Shown here: one piece after another, positions 51,172 through 64,000 of the stretch
Numbering within the stretch: position 1 is the first letter of the stretch
Layout of the letters: every line of letters starts with the position of its first letter
Origin: Escherichia coli
GTDB taxonomy: Bacteria > Pseudomonadota > Gammaproteobacteria > Enterobacterales > Enterobacteriaceae
Length of the DNA: 64,000 nt
Direction: 5' to 3' (one strand)
NCBI RefSeq assembly: GCF_009931435.1
Contig: NZ_CP043414.1
Made by a program: the position numbers and the translations under genes
The notes under the pieces: generated by a model
Seen by the model: only the letters and a program-made list of their open reading frames with translations
Databases searched by the model: none
What the model was told of the DNA's origin: nothing

Positions 51172-52074
51172 TTATGAAAGCATAGACCGTTTACCCTCCC
51201 TGGGTACGACGGAACAGGGGTCCTGATGGATAATCACATCCGATCCCGGAAAACGCCGTAAAATAGCCTGCTCTACCTGATCCGCCACCATATGTGCCTG
51301 AACCAAAGGCAGAGAGTCTTCCATTTCCAAATGAATCTGAATAAAGCGGGTCGGCCCTGACTGCCGCGTGCGAAGATCGTGAGCGCCGCTAACACCCGGC
51401 CAGGAAATCACGATATCAATAATTTCTTGCCGTTCCTCATCAGGTAATGCGCGATCCAGTAATGACTGTACCGCCTCATATCCCATGCGTAACGCGCTAT
51501 ATAAAATATAGATGCCGATTCCCAATGCAAACAGAGCATCGGCGCGATGCCAGCCGTACCAGGACAACCCCAGCGCCAGCAGAATTGCGCCGTTCATCAT
51601 AACATCAGACTGGTAATGTAGCATATCAGCCCGCACCGCCTGGCTTTGCGTCCGGCGCACCACCCACCGCTGAAACGAGACAAGGATAATCGTACAAATT
51701 AGCGCCACAATTGTCACGATAACCCCGACGCCTGGATCTGTCATCGGTGTTGGAGATACCAGATGTTGAATACCCGTCAAAAACAGGAATAGTGCCGAAC
51801 CGGAGATAAACATACTTTGCGCCAGCGCCGCGAGGGACTCAGCTTTACCGTGACCAAACGAGTGATTATCGTCGGCAGGTTGCAGGGAATATCGCACCAC
51901 CAGTAAATTCGTCAACGACGCGCCGATATCCACCAGCGAATCCACCAGCGCGGCGAGAATACTCACCGACCCGGTATACCACCATGCAAAAATTTTAATC
52001 AGCAATAACAGCGAAGCCATCGCCGTTGCAGCAATCGCCGCCCGACTGACCAGCCGTCCATAAGATTGATTCAT
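51172..52074 (-). CDS. fieF: Cation-diffusion-facilitator ferrous iron/zinc efflux pump
   Basis: Start [13 protein letters not shown]; 300 aa. Confidence 0.92.
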   Translation of the reverse strand: MNQSYGRLVSRAAIAATAMASLLLLIKIFAWWYTGSVSILAALVDSLVDIGASLTNLLVVRYSLQPADDNHSFGHGKAESLAALAQSMFISGSALFLFLTGIQHLVSPTPMTDPGVGVIVTIVALICTIILVSFQRWVVRRTQSQAVRADMLHYQSDVMMNGAILLALGLSWYGWHRADALFALGIGIYILYSALRMGYEAVQSLLDRALPDEERQEIIDIVISWPGVSGAHDLRTRQSGPTRFIQIHLEMEDSLPLVQAHMVADQVEQAILRRFPGSDVIIHQDPCSVVPREGKRSMLS

Positions 52075-52153
52075 AAATACTCCCGCTATCAACTGACGGT
52101 AGTATAACGGAAGCAAATCATCTGCAATGCATTAAGCAGTAGGCAAATTGAGG

Positions 52154-52222
52154 ATAAAAAAAACCCCCACATCATGTGGGGGAAGACAGGGATGGTGTCT
52201 ATGGCAAGGAAAACAGGGTTTA
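52154..52222 (-). ncRNA. cpxQ: CpxQ sRNA (processed 3' UTR of cpxP) with its intrinsic terminator
   Basis: Directly 3' of the cpxP stop: ...CCUUGCCAUAGACACCAUCCCUGUCUUCCCCCACAUGAUGUGGGGGUUUUUUUU, matching the known CpxQ 3' region as recalled. Confidence 0.5.
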
Positions 52223-52723
52223 CTACTGGGAACGTGAGTTGCTACTACTCAATAGCTTCAACGATGAACTTTTTTGCCATTGCGTCACGTCGCGCAACTG
52301 CTCCATTCGTTGTTGATGTTTCTCGTTTAAAACCGCTTGCTGCTCCGGCGTTAACAGGCGATACATTTGGTTGCGGACTTTTGCCATCTCAACCTGACGA
52401 GCAATTTGCTCATTCGCCATTTTTTCTGCCTGTGCGCGCACAGCGTTTTCATCAAAATTTTCTGCGGTGACAAGGCGATGCATTGTCTCCAGTTCGCTAA
52501 CATTAACAGGAGGCTGTTCGTGCCGGGCCTGTTGCATAAGATCTCGCATCTGCTGACGCTGATGTTCGGTTAAACTTATGCCGTCGAACATATGGCTCTG
52601 CGTACTGCGCTGCGTAAGTTCTTCACCCGGATGCCAGTTATCGCCTGAACCGACTTCAGCAGCGTGGCTTAATGAACTGACTGCCAGCGTTGAGGCCATG
52701 ACGGCAGCGGTAACTATGCGCAT
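52223..52723 (-). CDS. cpxP: Periplasmic Cpx pathway inhibitor/chaperone CpxP
   Basis: 166 aa [21 protein letters not shown], two LTxxQ motifs. Confidence 0.93.
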
Positions 52724-52802
52724 CATTTGCTCCCAAAATCTTTCTGTCGCGATTCAACGATAGAGAGTTTACGATTCAGGCTGCAAACATGCGTCAGGGG
52801 GT

Positions 52803-52817
52803 GTAAAACAACGTAAA
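52803..52817. promoter_or_regulatory. CpxR-P binding site in cpxP/cpxR divergent promoter
   Basis: GTAAA-acaac-GTAAA, an exact match to the GTAAA-N5-GTAAA consensus. Confidence 0.7.
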
Positions 52818-52872
52818 GTCATGGATTAGCGACGTCTGATGACGTAATTTCTGCCTCGGAGGTATTTAAACA

Positions 52873-53571
52873 ATGAATAAAATCCTGTTAGTTGATGATG
52901 ACCGAGAGCTGACTTCCCTGTTAAAGGAGCTGCTCGAGATGGAAGGCTTCAACGTGATTGTTGCCCACGATGGGGAGCAGGCGCTTGATCTTCTGGACGA
53001 CAGCATTGATTTACTTTTGCTTGATGTCATGATGCCGAAGAAAAATGGTATCGACACATTAAAAGCACTTCGCCAGACACACCAGACGCCTGTCATTATG
53101 TTGACGGCGCGCGGCAGTGAACTTGATCGCGTTCTCGGCCTTGAGCTGGGCGCAGATGACTATCTCCCGAAACCGTTTAATGATCGTGAGCTGGTGGCAC
53201 GTATTCGCGCGATCCTGCGCCGTTCGCACTGGAGCGAGCAACAGCAAAACAACGACAACGGTTCACCGACACTGGAAGTTGATGCCTTAGTGCTGAATCC
53301 AGGCCGTCAGGAAGCCAGCTTCGACGGGCAAACGCTGGAGTTAACCGGCACTGAGTTTACCCTGCTCTATTTGCTGGCACAGCATCTGGGTCAGGTGGTT
53401 TCCCGTGAGCATTTAAGCCAGGAAGTGCTGGGCAAACGCCTGACGCCTTTCGACCGCGCTATCGATATGCACATTTCCAACCTGCGTCGTAAACTGCCGG
53501 ATCGTAAAGATGGTCACCCGTGGTTTAAAACCTTGCGTGGTCGCGGCTATCTGATGGTTTCTGCTTCATGA
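52873..53571 (+). CDS. cpxR: Envelope stress response regulator CpxR
   Basis: 232 aa MNKILLVDDDRELTSLLKELLEMEGF. Confidence 0.96.
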   Translation: MNKILLVDDDRELTSLLKELLEMEGFNVIVAHDGEQALDLLDDSIDLLLLDVMMPKKNGIDTLKALRQTHQTPVIMLTARGSELDRVLGLELGADDYLPKPFNDRELVARIRAILRRSHWSEQQQNNDNGSPTLEVDALVLNPGRQEASFDGQTLELTGTEFTLLYLLAQHLGQVVSREHLSQEVLGKRLTPFDRAIDMHISNLRRKLPDRKDGHPWFKTLRGRGYLMVSAS

Positions 53572-54941
53572 TAGGCAGCTTAACCGCGCGCATCTTCGCC
53601 ATCTTCTGGCTGACGCTGGCGCTGGTGTTGATGTTGGTTTTGATGTTACCCAAGCTCGATTCACGCCAGATGACCGAGCTTCTGGATAGCGAACAGCGTC
53701 AGGGGCTGATGATTGAGCAGCATGTCGAAGCGGAACTGGCGAACGATCCGCCCAACGATTTAATGTGGTGGCGGCGTCTGTTCCGGGCGATTGATAAGTG
53801 GGCACCGCCAGGACAGCGTTTGTTATTGGTGACCACCGAGGGCCGCGTGATCGGCGCTGAACGCAGCGAAATGCAGATCATTCGTAACTTTATTGGTCAG
53901 GCCGATAACGCCGATCATCCGCAAAAGAAAAAGTATGGCCGCGTGGAACTGGTCGGTCCGTTCTCCGTGCGTGATGGCGAAGATAATTACCAACTGTATC
54001 TGATTCGTCCAGCCAGCAGTTCTCAATCCGATTTCATTAACTTACTGTTTGACCGCCCGCTATTACTGCTGATTGTCACCATGCTGGTCAGTACGCCGCT
54101 GCTGTTGTGGTTGGCCTGGAGTCTGGCAAAACCGGCGCGTAAGCTGAAAAACGCGGCCGATGAAGTTGCCCAGGGAAACTTACGCCAGCACCCGGAACTT
54201 GAAGCGGGGCCACAGGAATTCCTTGCCGCTGGTGCCAGTTTTAACCAGATGGTCACCGCGCTGGAGCGCATGATGACCTCTCAGCAGCGTCTGCTTTCTG
54301 ATATCTCTCACGAACTGCGCACGCCACTGACGCGCCTGCAACTGGGTACGGCGTTATTGCGCCGTCGTAGTGGTGAAAGCAAGGAACTGGAGCGTATTGA
54401 AACCGAAGCCCAGCGTCTGGACAGCATGATCAACGACCTGTTGGTGATGTCACGTAATCAGCAGAAAAACGCGCTGGTGAGCGAGACATTGAAAGCTAAC
54501 CAGTTGTGGGGTGAAGTGCTGGATAACGCGGCGTTCGAAGCGGAACAAATGGGCAAGTCGTTTACGGTTAACTTCCCGCCTGGGCCGTGGCCTCTGTATG
54601 GCAACCCGAACGCTCTGGAAAGTGCGCTGGAAAACATTGTTCGTAATGCTCTGCGTTATTCCCATACGAAGATTGAGGTGGGCTTTGCGGTAGATAAAGA
54701 TGGTATCACCATTACGGTGGACGACGATGGTCCTGGCGTTAGCCCGGAAGATCGCGAGCAGATTTTCCGTCCGTTCTATCGCACCGATGAAGCGCGCGAT
54801 CGTGAATCTGGCGGTACGGGCTTAGGGCTGGCGATTGTCGAAACAGCTATCCAGCAGCACCGTGGTTGGGTGAAGGCAGAAGACAGCCCGCTGGGCGGTT
54901 TGCGGCTGGTGATTTGGCTGCCGCTGTATAAGCGGAGTTAA
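53568..54941 (+). CDS. cpxA: Envelope stress sensor histidine kinase CpxA
   Basis: 457 aa; ATGA overlap with cpxR; H-box SHELRTPLTR. Confidence 0.96.
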   Translation: MIGSLTARIFAIFWLTLALVLMLVLMLPKLDSRQMTELLDSEQRQGLMIEQHVEAELANDPPNDLMWWRRLFRAIDKWAPPGQRLLLVTTEGRVIGAERSEMQIIRNFIGQADNADHPQKKKYGRVELVGPFSVRDGEDNYQLYLIRPASSSQSDFINLLFDRPLLLLIVTMLVSTPLLLWLAWSLAKPARKLKNAADEVAQGNLRQHPELEAGPQEFLAAGASFNQMVTALERMMTSQQRLLSDISHELRTPLTRLQLGTALLRRRSGESKELERIETEAQRLDSMINDLLVMSRNQQKNALVSETLKANQLWGEVLDNAAFEAEQMGKSFTVNFPPGPWPLYGNPNALESALENIVRNALRYSHTKIEVGFAVDKDGITITVDDDGPGVSPEDREQIFRPFYRTDEARDRESGGTGLGLAIVETAIQQHRGWVKAEDSPLGGLRLVIWLPLYKRS

Positions 54942-54950
54942 ACTCCGCAT

Positions 54951-55040
54951 TTGTAGGCCAGATAAGGCGTTACGCCGCATCCGGCGTTTGAGCAGAATGC
55001 CTGATGCGACGCTGATAGCGTCTTATCAGGCCTACTCTCC
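54951..55040. repeat. REP/BIME palindromic units
   Basis: GTAGGCCAGATAAGGCGTTACGCCGCATCCGGCG and GCCTGATGCGACGCTGATAGCGTCTTATCAGGCCTAC. Confidence 0.75.
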
Positions 55041-55045
55041 GGGGG

Positions 55046-55720
55046 TTATTTTCCCCACAACCGCCGTGAAAAATCTTCGATTTTGCCGCTCAGTCGGCGT
55101 TTCTGCATCGTCCGCGTCCAGCTTTTCGATAACCCGGCAGCGGAGAGTAAACGGTGATACTGCTCGTCATCAAACGGCATATGCCATGCGATGGCAGCAG
55201 CCTCCTGCACGGTCAAATCGCTGACACGGGAAACCAACTCCAGCGGCGCATCAGCAGATACCAACCCTGGCGCAATCACGCTATACAACCACCCCACTTT
55301 ACCCGTGTTTTGCATCAACTGCGCTATATCGTTGATATCAAAATGGTAATTGAGTTTATAGCAAGGGGAGCGTGGCTGGCTGACCTGAATTAATGCCTCT
55401 CCCCAGCGGAAAATATCGCCAATATAAACATTACTTTCCGTCAGACCGTCGGTTGAGAGATTTTCGCCAAACGCAGGCGCAACAAACAACTCCGCCTGTT
55501 CCGGAAATTCCCGCGCCCAGTAGAGATAGTGCTCACGAGGATAATGACACAGCGCTCTGTCTGGCCCGCCGTGAACCTTCTTCTCCGCCTGCTCGTCACC
55601 TTCCAGCCCCAGCTCCGTCAGCATCAACTCACCATCAACCTGGATTTTGGCAATTGCGCTGGGTTTGCCTTCGGGATAAGCCTGAATCTTGCCTGTGTAT
55701 ACATCAACCGGATATCGCAT
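55046..55720 (-). CDS. yiiM: MOSC-domain protein (6-N-hydroxylaminopurine resistance)
   Basis: Start MRYPVDVYTGKIQAYPEGKPSAIAK; 224 aa. Confidence 0.88.
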   Translation of the reverse strand: MRYPVDVYTGKIQAYPEGKPSAIAKIQVDGELMLTELGLEGDEQAEKKVHGGPDRALCHYPREHYLYWAREFPEQAELFVAPAFGENLSTDGLTESNVYIGDIFRWGEALIQVSQPRSPCYKLNYHFDINDIAQLMQNTGKVGWLYSVIAPGLVSADAPLELVSRVSDLTVQEAAAIAWHMPFDDEQYHRLLSAAGLSKSWTRTMQKRRLSGKIEDFSRRLWGK

Positions 55721-55868
55721 CTGTTCCCTCTCCACGAGAAATTTCCCCATTAGACCATATTTATTTTATGTCAGGCGTGCTGTTTTCGCGGTATGTATCC
55801 AGGCAGGAGCTCAATCGCAAACCGGACGAACGTTAGTTCATCCGGCTGTGGGGATTAAGGAAGCAGGT

Positions 55869-56852
55869 TTATTTTACCGTGCCTAAAATTTCGATTTTCG
55901 CCACTCTGGCTTTGACTTTACGTGACCAGATAGAGGTAAGAATTGGCACCAGAATCGAAGTCACAATGACCGCCGTCGCGACCAGCGAAGTTGCTGCCGG
56001 AGCCATCGGTTTAAACGCAGGCACCATTTCTGCAATCAGCACAGGTGTCGCTACCGCGGCCCCTGCGGAACTGGAAGCGGCAATTCCGGCAGTACCATCG
56101 CCACCGCCAATCAATTTATCGGCGATAATCAACGGAATACCGGTCACGATAATTACTGCCACACCCAACAGGATCCCCAGCAAACCTGTCTGGGCAATTA
56201 CAGTCAAATCAATGGTATTGCCCAGCGCGAAGGCAAAGAATGGAATCAGCGTCTGCACCGCTTTGCTGAAAAATTCTCGTAATTCAGGGTCAAGGTTCCC
56301 AAGGGCAAAGCCCACCAGGAACGGTAATACTGCACCGACGAAAACATGCGGTTCAAACGAGGCAATCCCGGCAGTGCCCAGAATAATCATCGTCATGAGC
56401 GGCCCGGACTCCAATGACATCAACACAAATGCCCCAGCTTCTTCTTTCGTGCCGTACTGCTGCATGATGGAAGCGTAAAGTCCGCCGTTGGTCATATCCA
56501 TCGCCGCCACCAGCGCCAACGTTGAAAGTCCGGCAAAAAATCCAACTTCAATACCATGTTCCGGAATAATGCGCGAGGCAATTGTCGCAACCACCCACGC
56601 GACGGCAATTTTTGTTACCACCAGCGTACCGGATTTACGCAATACCGTTCCCGTCGCGCTTAATTTTATTGACGCCCCCATGCAAAAAAACCACACCGCC
56701 AGAATGGGCACCGTACCGGTAATCATCCCGTTGGTGAATGATCCAAAATATTTCCCCGCCCCCGGCGAGAAGGTGTGGCACAGTGCGCCAAGGAATAGCG
56801 GGACGAGCATCATCCCCCCCGGGATTTTCTCAATCGAGCGTTTTATCTGCAT
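55869..56852 (-). CDS. kdgT: 2-keto-3-deoxygluconate permease
   Basis: Start [23 protein letters not shown]; 327 aa; polytopic. Confidence 0.9.
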   Translation of the reverse strand: MQIKRSIEKIPGGMMLVPLFLGALCHTFSPGAGKYFGSFTNGMITGTVPILAVWFFCMGASIKLSATGTVLRKSGTLVVTKIAVAWVVATIASRIIPEHGIEVGFFAGLSTLALVAAMDMTNGGLYASIMQQYGTKEEAGAFVLMSLESGPLMTMIILGTAGIASFEPHVFVGAVLPFLVGFALGNLDPELREFFSKAVQTLIPFFAFALGNTIDLTVIAQTGLLGILLGVAVIIVTGIPLIIADKLIGGGDGTAGIAASSSAGAAVATPVLIAEMVPAFKPMAPAATSLVATAVIVTSILVPILTSIWSRKVKARVAKIEILGTVK

Positions 56853-57111
56853 TTCCATCACCTGTCGGCATATTTTTAAGGGCTGATGCGTAATTCCTCA
56901 ACGGAGCATCAGTGTTGATGAAAACGAAGATAGACATTCATTTAATCAATAAAAGTGATCAAAACCACTTCAATTGAAGCACTGTTTTATTTTTATCGGA
57001 TCATTGTTTTTATTTTGAAATTGATCACAAAAAAACCACCGCCGTTGGCGATGGTTCATTTTTTAAGCTGATATGCGGCGTAAACGCCTCATATCAGCAG
57101 GCGGCAAATGA

Positions 57112-57732
57112 TTATTTTTTCGCCGCGAAACGTGCCGCTGCTTCATCCCAGTTCACCACGTTCCAGAACTCTTTGATGTAGTCAGGACGGCGGTTCTGGA
57201 ATTTCAGGTAGTAAGCATGTTCCCACACATCCAGGCCCAGAATCGGGAAGCCGGAAGCGCCAGAAATAGCTTCGCCCATCAGCGGGGAGTCCTGGTTAGC
57301 AGTAGAAACCACCGCCAGTTTATCGCCTTTCAGCACCAGCCATGCCCAGCCGGAACCAAAGCGGGAAGCTGCCGCTTTTTCAAATTCTGCTTTGAAGTTA
57401 TCTACGGAACCGAAATCACGTTCGATAGCCGCTTTCAGGTCACCCTGTAAGGTGGTGCCTTTTTTCAGACCTTTCCAGAACAGGCTGTGGTTAGCGTGAC
57501 CGCCAGCGTTGTTGCGCAGTACGGTTTTCTTGTCTGCTGGCAGCTGGTCCAGTTTGGTGATCAGCTCTTCAACCGGCAGGTTGGCAAATTCTGGCAGGCT
57601 TTCCAGCGCCGCGTTGGCGTTGTTGACGTAGGTCTGATGGTGTTTGGTGTGGTGGATTTCCATGGTCTGCTTATCGAAGTGCGGTTCCAGGGCATCGTAA
57701 GCATACGGCAGGGATGGCAGGGTATAGCTCAT
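57112..57732 (-). CDS. sodA: Manganese superoxide dismutase
   Basis: Start [32 protein letters not shown]; 206 aa. Confidence 0.96.
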   Translation of the reverse strand: MSYTLPSLPYAYDALEPHFDKQTMEIHHTKHHQTYVNNANAALESLPEFANLPVEELITKLDQLPADKKTVLRNNAGGHANHSLFWKGLKKGTTLQGDLKAAIERDFGSVDNFKAEFEKAAASRFGSGWAWLVLKGDKLAVVSTANQDSPLMGEAISGASGFPILGLDVWEHAYYLKFQNRRPDYIKEFWNVVNWDEAAARFAAKK

Positions 57733-57803
57733 ATTCATCTCCAGTATTGTCGGGCGGCCGATTGTTAATGCCGCGTAAGCAGTTGGTTCATTATAGTTAA
57801 TTA

Positions 57804-57828
57804 AATGATATTGAAAATGATTATCAAT
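57804..57828. promoter_or_regulatory. Fur-box-like site in sodA promoter
   Basis: AATGATATTGAAAATGATTATCAAT resembles the GATAATGATAATCATTATC consensus, about 75-100 bp upstream of sodA. Confidence 0.4.
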
Positions 57829-58016
57829 GCCGTACTTTTCGTAAGGGTATGGTTTTGCAGGAAAATGCCCGAGATGTGAAGCAAATCACCCACTTAATGC
57901 CGTGATTGCCAGTAAATCGACAACGGCGGCAACAGGCGAAAGGTTAATCGACAGCACGATTTTTACACTCATCTCGTCGGAGAAGTGACGCGACGAAAAA
58001 TGATGAGGATAAGAAG

Positions 58017-59051
58017 ATGAGTAACGCGATTACGATGGGGATATTTTGGCATTTGATCGGCGCGGCCAGTGCAGCCTGTTTTTACGCGCCGTTCAAAAAA
58101 GTAAAAAAATGGTCATGGGAAACCATGTGGTCAGTCGGTGGGATTGTTTCGTGGATTATTCTGCCGTGGGCCATCAGCGCCCTGTTACTACCGAATTTCT
58201 GGGCGTATTACAGCTCGTTTAGTCTCTCTACGCTGCTGCCTGTTTTTCTGTTCGGCGCTATGTGGGGGATCGGTAATATCAACTACGGCCTGACCATGCG
58301 TTATCTCGGCATGTCGATGGGAATTGGCATCGCCATTGGCATTACGTTGATTGTCGGTACGCTGATGACGCCAATTATCAACGGCAATTTCGATGTTCTG
58401 ATTAATACCGAAGGCGGACGCATGACGTTGCTCGGCGTTCTGGTGGCGCTGATTGGCGTAGGGATTGTAACCCGCGCCGGGCAGTTGAAAGAGCGCAAGA
58501 TGGGCATAAAAGCCGAAGAGTTCAACCTGAAAAAAGGGCTGGTGCTGGCGGTGATGTGCGGCATTTTCTCTGCCGGGATGTCCTTTGCGATGAACGCCGC
58601 AAAACCGATGCATGAAGCAGCTGCCGCACTGGGCGTCGATCCACTGTATGTCGCTCTGCCAAGCTATGTTGTCATCATGGGAGGCGGCGCGATCATCAAC
58701 CTCGGTTTCTGCTTCATTCGTCTGGCAAAAGTGAAGGATTTGTCGCTAAAAGCCGACTTTTCGCTGGCAAAACCGCTGATCATTCACAACGTGTTACTCT
58801 CGGCACTGGGCGGTTTGATGTGGTATCTGCAATTCTTTTTCTATGCCTGGGGCCACGCCCGCATTCCGGCGCAGTATGACTACATCAGCTGGATGCTGCA
58901 TATGAGCTTCTATGTATTGTGCGGCGGTATCGTCGGGCTGTTGCTGAAAGAGTGGAACAATGCAGGTCGCCGTCCGGTAACGGTGTTGAGCCTCGGTTGT
59001 GTGGTGATTATTGTCGCCGCCAACATCGTCGGCATGGGCATGGCGAATTAA
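58017..59051 (+). CDS. rhaT: L-rhamnose-proton symporter
   Basis: 344-aa polytopic ORF, synteny with rhaRS. Confidence 0.93.
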   Translation: MSNAITMGIFWHLIGAASAACFYAPFKKVKKWSWETMWSVGGIVSWIILPWAISALLLPNFWAYYSSFSLSTLLPVFLFGAMWGIGNINYGLTMRYLGMSMGIGIAIGITLIVGTLMTPIINGNFDVLINTEGGRMTLLGVLVALIGVGIVTRAGQLKERKMGIKAEEFNLKKGLVLAVMCGIFSAGMSFAMNAAKPMHEAAAALGVDPLYVALPSYVVIMGGGAIINLGFCFIRLAKVKDLSLKADFSLAKPLIIHNVLLSALGGLMWYLQFFFYAWGHARIPAQYDYISWMLHMSFYVLCGGIVGLLLKEWNNAGRRPVTVLSLGCVVIIVAANIVGMGMAN

Positions 59052-59986
59052 TCTTTCTGCGAATTGAGATGACGCCACTGGCTGGGCGTCATCCCGGTTT
59101 CCCGGGTAAACACCACCGAAAAATAGTTACTATCTTCAAAGCCACATTCGGTTGAAATATCACTGATTAACAGGCGGCTATGCTGGAGAAGATATTGCGC
59201 ATGACACACTCTGACCTGCCGCAGATATTGATTGATGGTCATTCCAGTCTGCTGGCGAAATTGCTGACGCAAAACGCGCTCACTGCACGATGCCTCATCA
59301 CAAAATTCATCCAGCGCAAAGGGACTTTTCAGGCTGGCCGCCAGCCGGGTAATCAGCTTATCCAGCAACGTTTCGCTGGATGTTGGCGGCAACGAATCAC
59401 TGGTGTAACGATGGCGATTCAGCAACATCACCAACTGCCCGAACAGCAACTCTGCCATTTCGTTAGCAAACGGCACATGCTGACTACTTTCATGCTCAAG
59501 CTGACCGATAACCTGCCGCGCCTGTGCCATCCCCATGCTACCTAAGCGCCAGTGTGGTTGCCCTGCGCTGGCGCTAAATCCCGGAATCGCCCCCTGCCAG
59601 TCAAGATTCAGCTTCAGCCGCTCCGGGCAATAAATAATATTCTGCAAAACCAGATCGTTAACGGAAGCGTAGGAGTGTTTATCGTCAGCATGAATGTAAA
59701 AGAGATCGCCACGGGTAATGCGATAAGGGCGATCGTTGAGTACATGCAGACCATTACCGCGCCAGACAATTACCAGCTCACAAAAATCATGTGTATGTTC
59801 AGCAAAGACATCTTGCGGATAACGGTCAGCCACAGCGACTGCCTGCTGGTCGCTGGCAAAAAAATCATCTTTGAGAAGTTTTAACTGATGCGCCACCGTG
59901 GCTACCTCGGCCAGAGAACGAAGTTGATTATTCGCAATATGGCGTACAAATACGTTGAGAAGATTCGCGTTATTGCAGAAAGCCAT
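59048..59986 (-). CDS. rhaR: AraC-family activator RhaR
   Basis: Start chosen at [16 protein letters not shown] (312 aa); 17-nt overlap with rhaS 3' end. Confidence 0.85.
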   Translation of the reverse strand: MAFCNNANLLNVFVRHIANNQLRSLAEVATVAHQLKLLKDDFFASDQQAVAVADRYPQDVFAEHTHDFCELVIVWRGNGLHVLNDRPYRITRGDLFYIHADDKHSYASVNDLVLQNIIYCPERLKLNLDWQGAIPGFSASAGQPHWRLGSMGMAQARQVIGQLEHESSQHVPFANEMAELLFGQLVMLLNRHRYTSDSLPPTSSETLLDKLITRLAASLKSPFALDEFCDEASCSERVLRQQFRQQTGMTINQYLRQVRVCHAQYLLQHSRLLISDISTECGFEDSNYFSVVFTRETGMTPSQWRHLNSQKD

Positions 59987-60806
59987 CCCGTCCCTGGCGA
60001 ATATCACGCGGTGACCAGTTAAACTCTCGGCGAAAAAGCGTCGAAAAGTGGTTACTGTCACTAAATCCGCAACGATAGGCGATGTCAGTAACGCTGGCCT
60101 CGCTGTGGCGTAGCAGATGTCGGGCTTTCATCAGTCGCAGGCGGTTCAGGTAACGCTGAGGCGTCAGTCCCGTTTTCTGCTTAAGCTGCCGATGTAGCGT
60201 ACGCAGCGAAAGAGAAAATTGATCCGCCACGGCATCCCAATTTACCTCATCGGCAAAATGGTCCTCCAGCCAGGCCAGAAGCAAGTTGAGACGTGATGCG
60301 CTGTTTTCCAGGTTCTCCTGCAAACTGCTTTTACGCAGCAAGAGCAGTAATTGCATAAACAAGATCTCGCGACTGGCGGTCGAGGGTAAATCATTTTCCC
60401 CTTCCTGCTGTTCCATCTGTGCAACCAGCTGTCGCACCTGCTGCAACACGCTGTGGTTAACGCGCCAGTGAGACGGATACTGCCCATCCTGCTCTTGTGG
60501 CAGCAACTGATTCAGCCCGGCGAGAAACTGAAATCGATCCGGCGAGCGATACAGCACATTGGTCAGACACAGATTATCGGTATGTTCATACAGATGCCGA
60601 TCATGATCGCGTACGAAACAGACAGTCCCACCGGTGATGGTATAGGGCTGCCCATTAAACACATGAATACCCGTGCCATGTTCGACAATCACAATTTCAT
60701 GAAAATCATGATGATGTTCAGGAAAATCCGCCTGCGGGAGCCGGGGTTCTATCGCCACGGACGCGTTACCAGACGGAAAAAAATCCACACTATGTAATAC
60801 GGTCAT
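59970..60806 (-). CDS. rhaS: AraC-family activator RhaS
   Basis: 278 aa [37 protein letters not shown]. Confidence 0.93.
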   Translation of the reverse strand: MTVLHSVDFFPSGNASVAIEPRLPQADFPEHHHDFHEIVIVEHGTGIHVFNGQPYTITGGTVCFVRDHDRHLYEHTDNLCLTNVLYRSPDRFQFLAGLNQLLPQEQDGQYPSHWRVNHSVLQQVRQLVAQMEQQEGENDLPSTASREILFMQLLLLLRKSSLQENLENSASRLNLLLAWLEDHFADEVNWDAVADQFSLSLRTLHRQLKQKTGLTPQRYLNRLRLMKARHLLRHSEASVTDIAYRCGFSDSNHFSTLFRREFNWSPRDIRQGRDGFLQ

Positions 60807-60966
60807 ACTGGCCTCCTGATGTCGTCAACACGGCGAAATAGTAATCACGAGGTCAGGTTCTTACCTTAAATTTTCGACGGAAAACCACGTAAAAAACGTC
60901 GATTTTTCAAGATACAGCGTGAATTTTCAGGAAATGCGGTAAGCATCACATCACCACAATTCAGCA

Positions 60967-60988
60967 AATTGTGAACATCATCACGTTC
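60967..60988. promoter_or_regulatory. CRP site of the rhaBAD promoter (RhaS half-sites follow downstream)
   Basis: TGTGA-acatca-TCACG in the sequence CACCACAATTCAGCAAATTGTGAACATCATCACGTTCATCTTTCCCTGG, recognised as the classic PrhaBAD. Confidence 0.65.
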
Positions 60989-61060
60989 ATCTTTCCCTGG
61001 TTGCCAATGGCCCATTTTCCTGTCAGTAACGAGAAGGTCGCGAATTCAGGCGCTTTTTAG

Positions 61061-63819
<2,759 letters not shown>

Positions 63820-63821
63820 AC

Positions 63822-63880
63822 ACTGCCGGATGCGGCGCGAGCGCCTTATCCGGCCTACGGGTCGTGCATCCGACAACACC
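63822..63880. repeat. REP palindromic unit between rhaA and rhaD
   Basis: GCCGGATGCGGCGCGAGCGCCTTATCCGGCCTAC. Confidence 0.7.
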
Positions 63881-63901
63881 GAATTTACAGGAACACAGAA
63901 C

Positions 63902-64000
63902 ATGCAAAACATTACCCAGTCCTGGTTTGTCCAGGGAATGATCAAAGCCACCACCGACGCCTGGCTGAAAGGCTGGGACGAGCGCAATGGTGGTAACCTG
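63902..64000 (+). CDS. rhaD: Rhamnulose-1-phosphate aldolase, 5' fragment cut by window edge
   Basis: [33 protein letters not shown]... Confidence 0.85.

Overview
This 64-kb window is an Escherichia coli chromosomal segment, colinear with (and reverse-oriented relative to) the K-12 region frwB–frwC–ptsA–fsaB–gldA–yijF–yijE–katG–metF–metL–metB–metJ–yiiX–rpmE–priA–cytR–ftsN–hslVU–menA–rraA–zapB–glpFKX–fpr–uspD–yiiS–yiiR–yiiQ–tpiA–cdh–sbp–pfkA–fieF–cpxP–cpxRA–yiiM–kdgT–sodA–rhaT–rhaRS–rhaBAD. Gene identities were assigned by reading the ORF-track proteins and recognising them from memory; no database search was run. Three segments are absent from the K-12 gene order as I recall it. (1) About 7.7 kb between the metF promoter and the metL terminator encodes three paralogous secreted 5'-nucleotidase/metallophosphatase-family proteins, a Cys-rich protein of unknown function and a Tsx-like outer-membrane nucleoside channel. 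This is the best candidate for an uncharacterised system, probably an extracellular nucleotide-scavenging module. (2) About 6.3 kb between yiiX and rpmE is an Rhs element: a 1394-aa Rhs protein with an AT-rich variable C-terminal toxin tip, a coupled small ORF that is a candidate immunity gene, a divergent IS1-family fragment and a frameshifted ISAs1-family H-repeat transposase. (3) About 1 kb of AT-rich DNA between rraA and zapB carries a single 238-aa predicted membrane protein. Core-genome signals recognised include REP/BIME clusters, met boxes, the CpxR box, the sigma-32 hslVU promoter, the rhaBAD CRP site and the CpxQ sRNA. No rRNA, tRNA or CRISPR array was seen.
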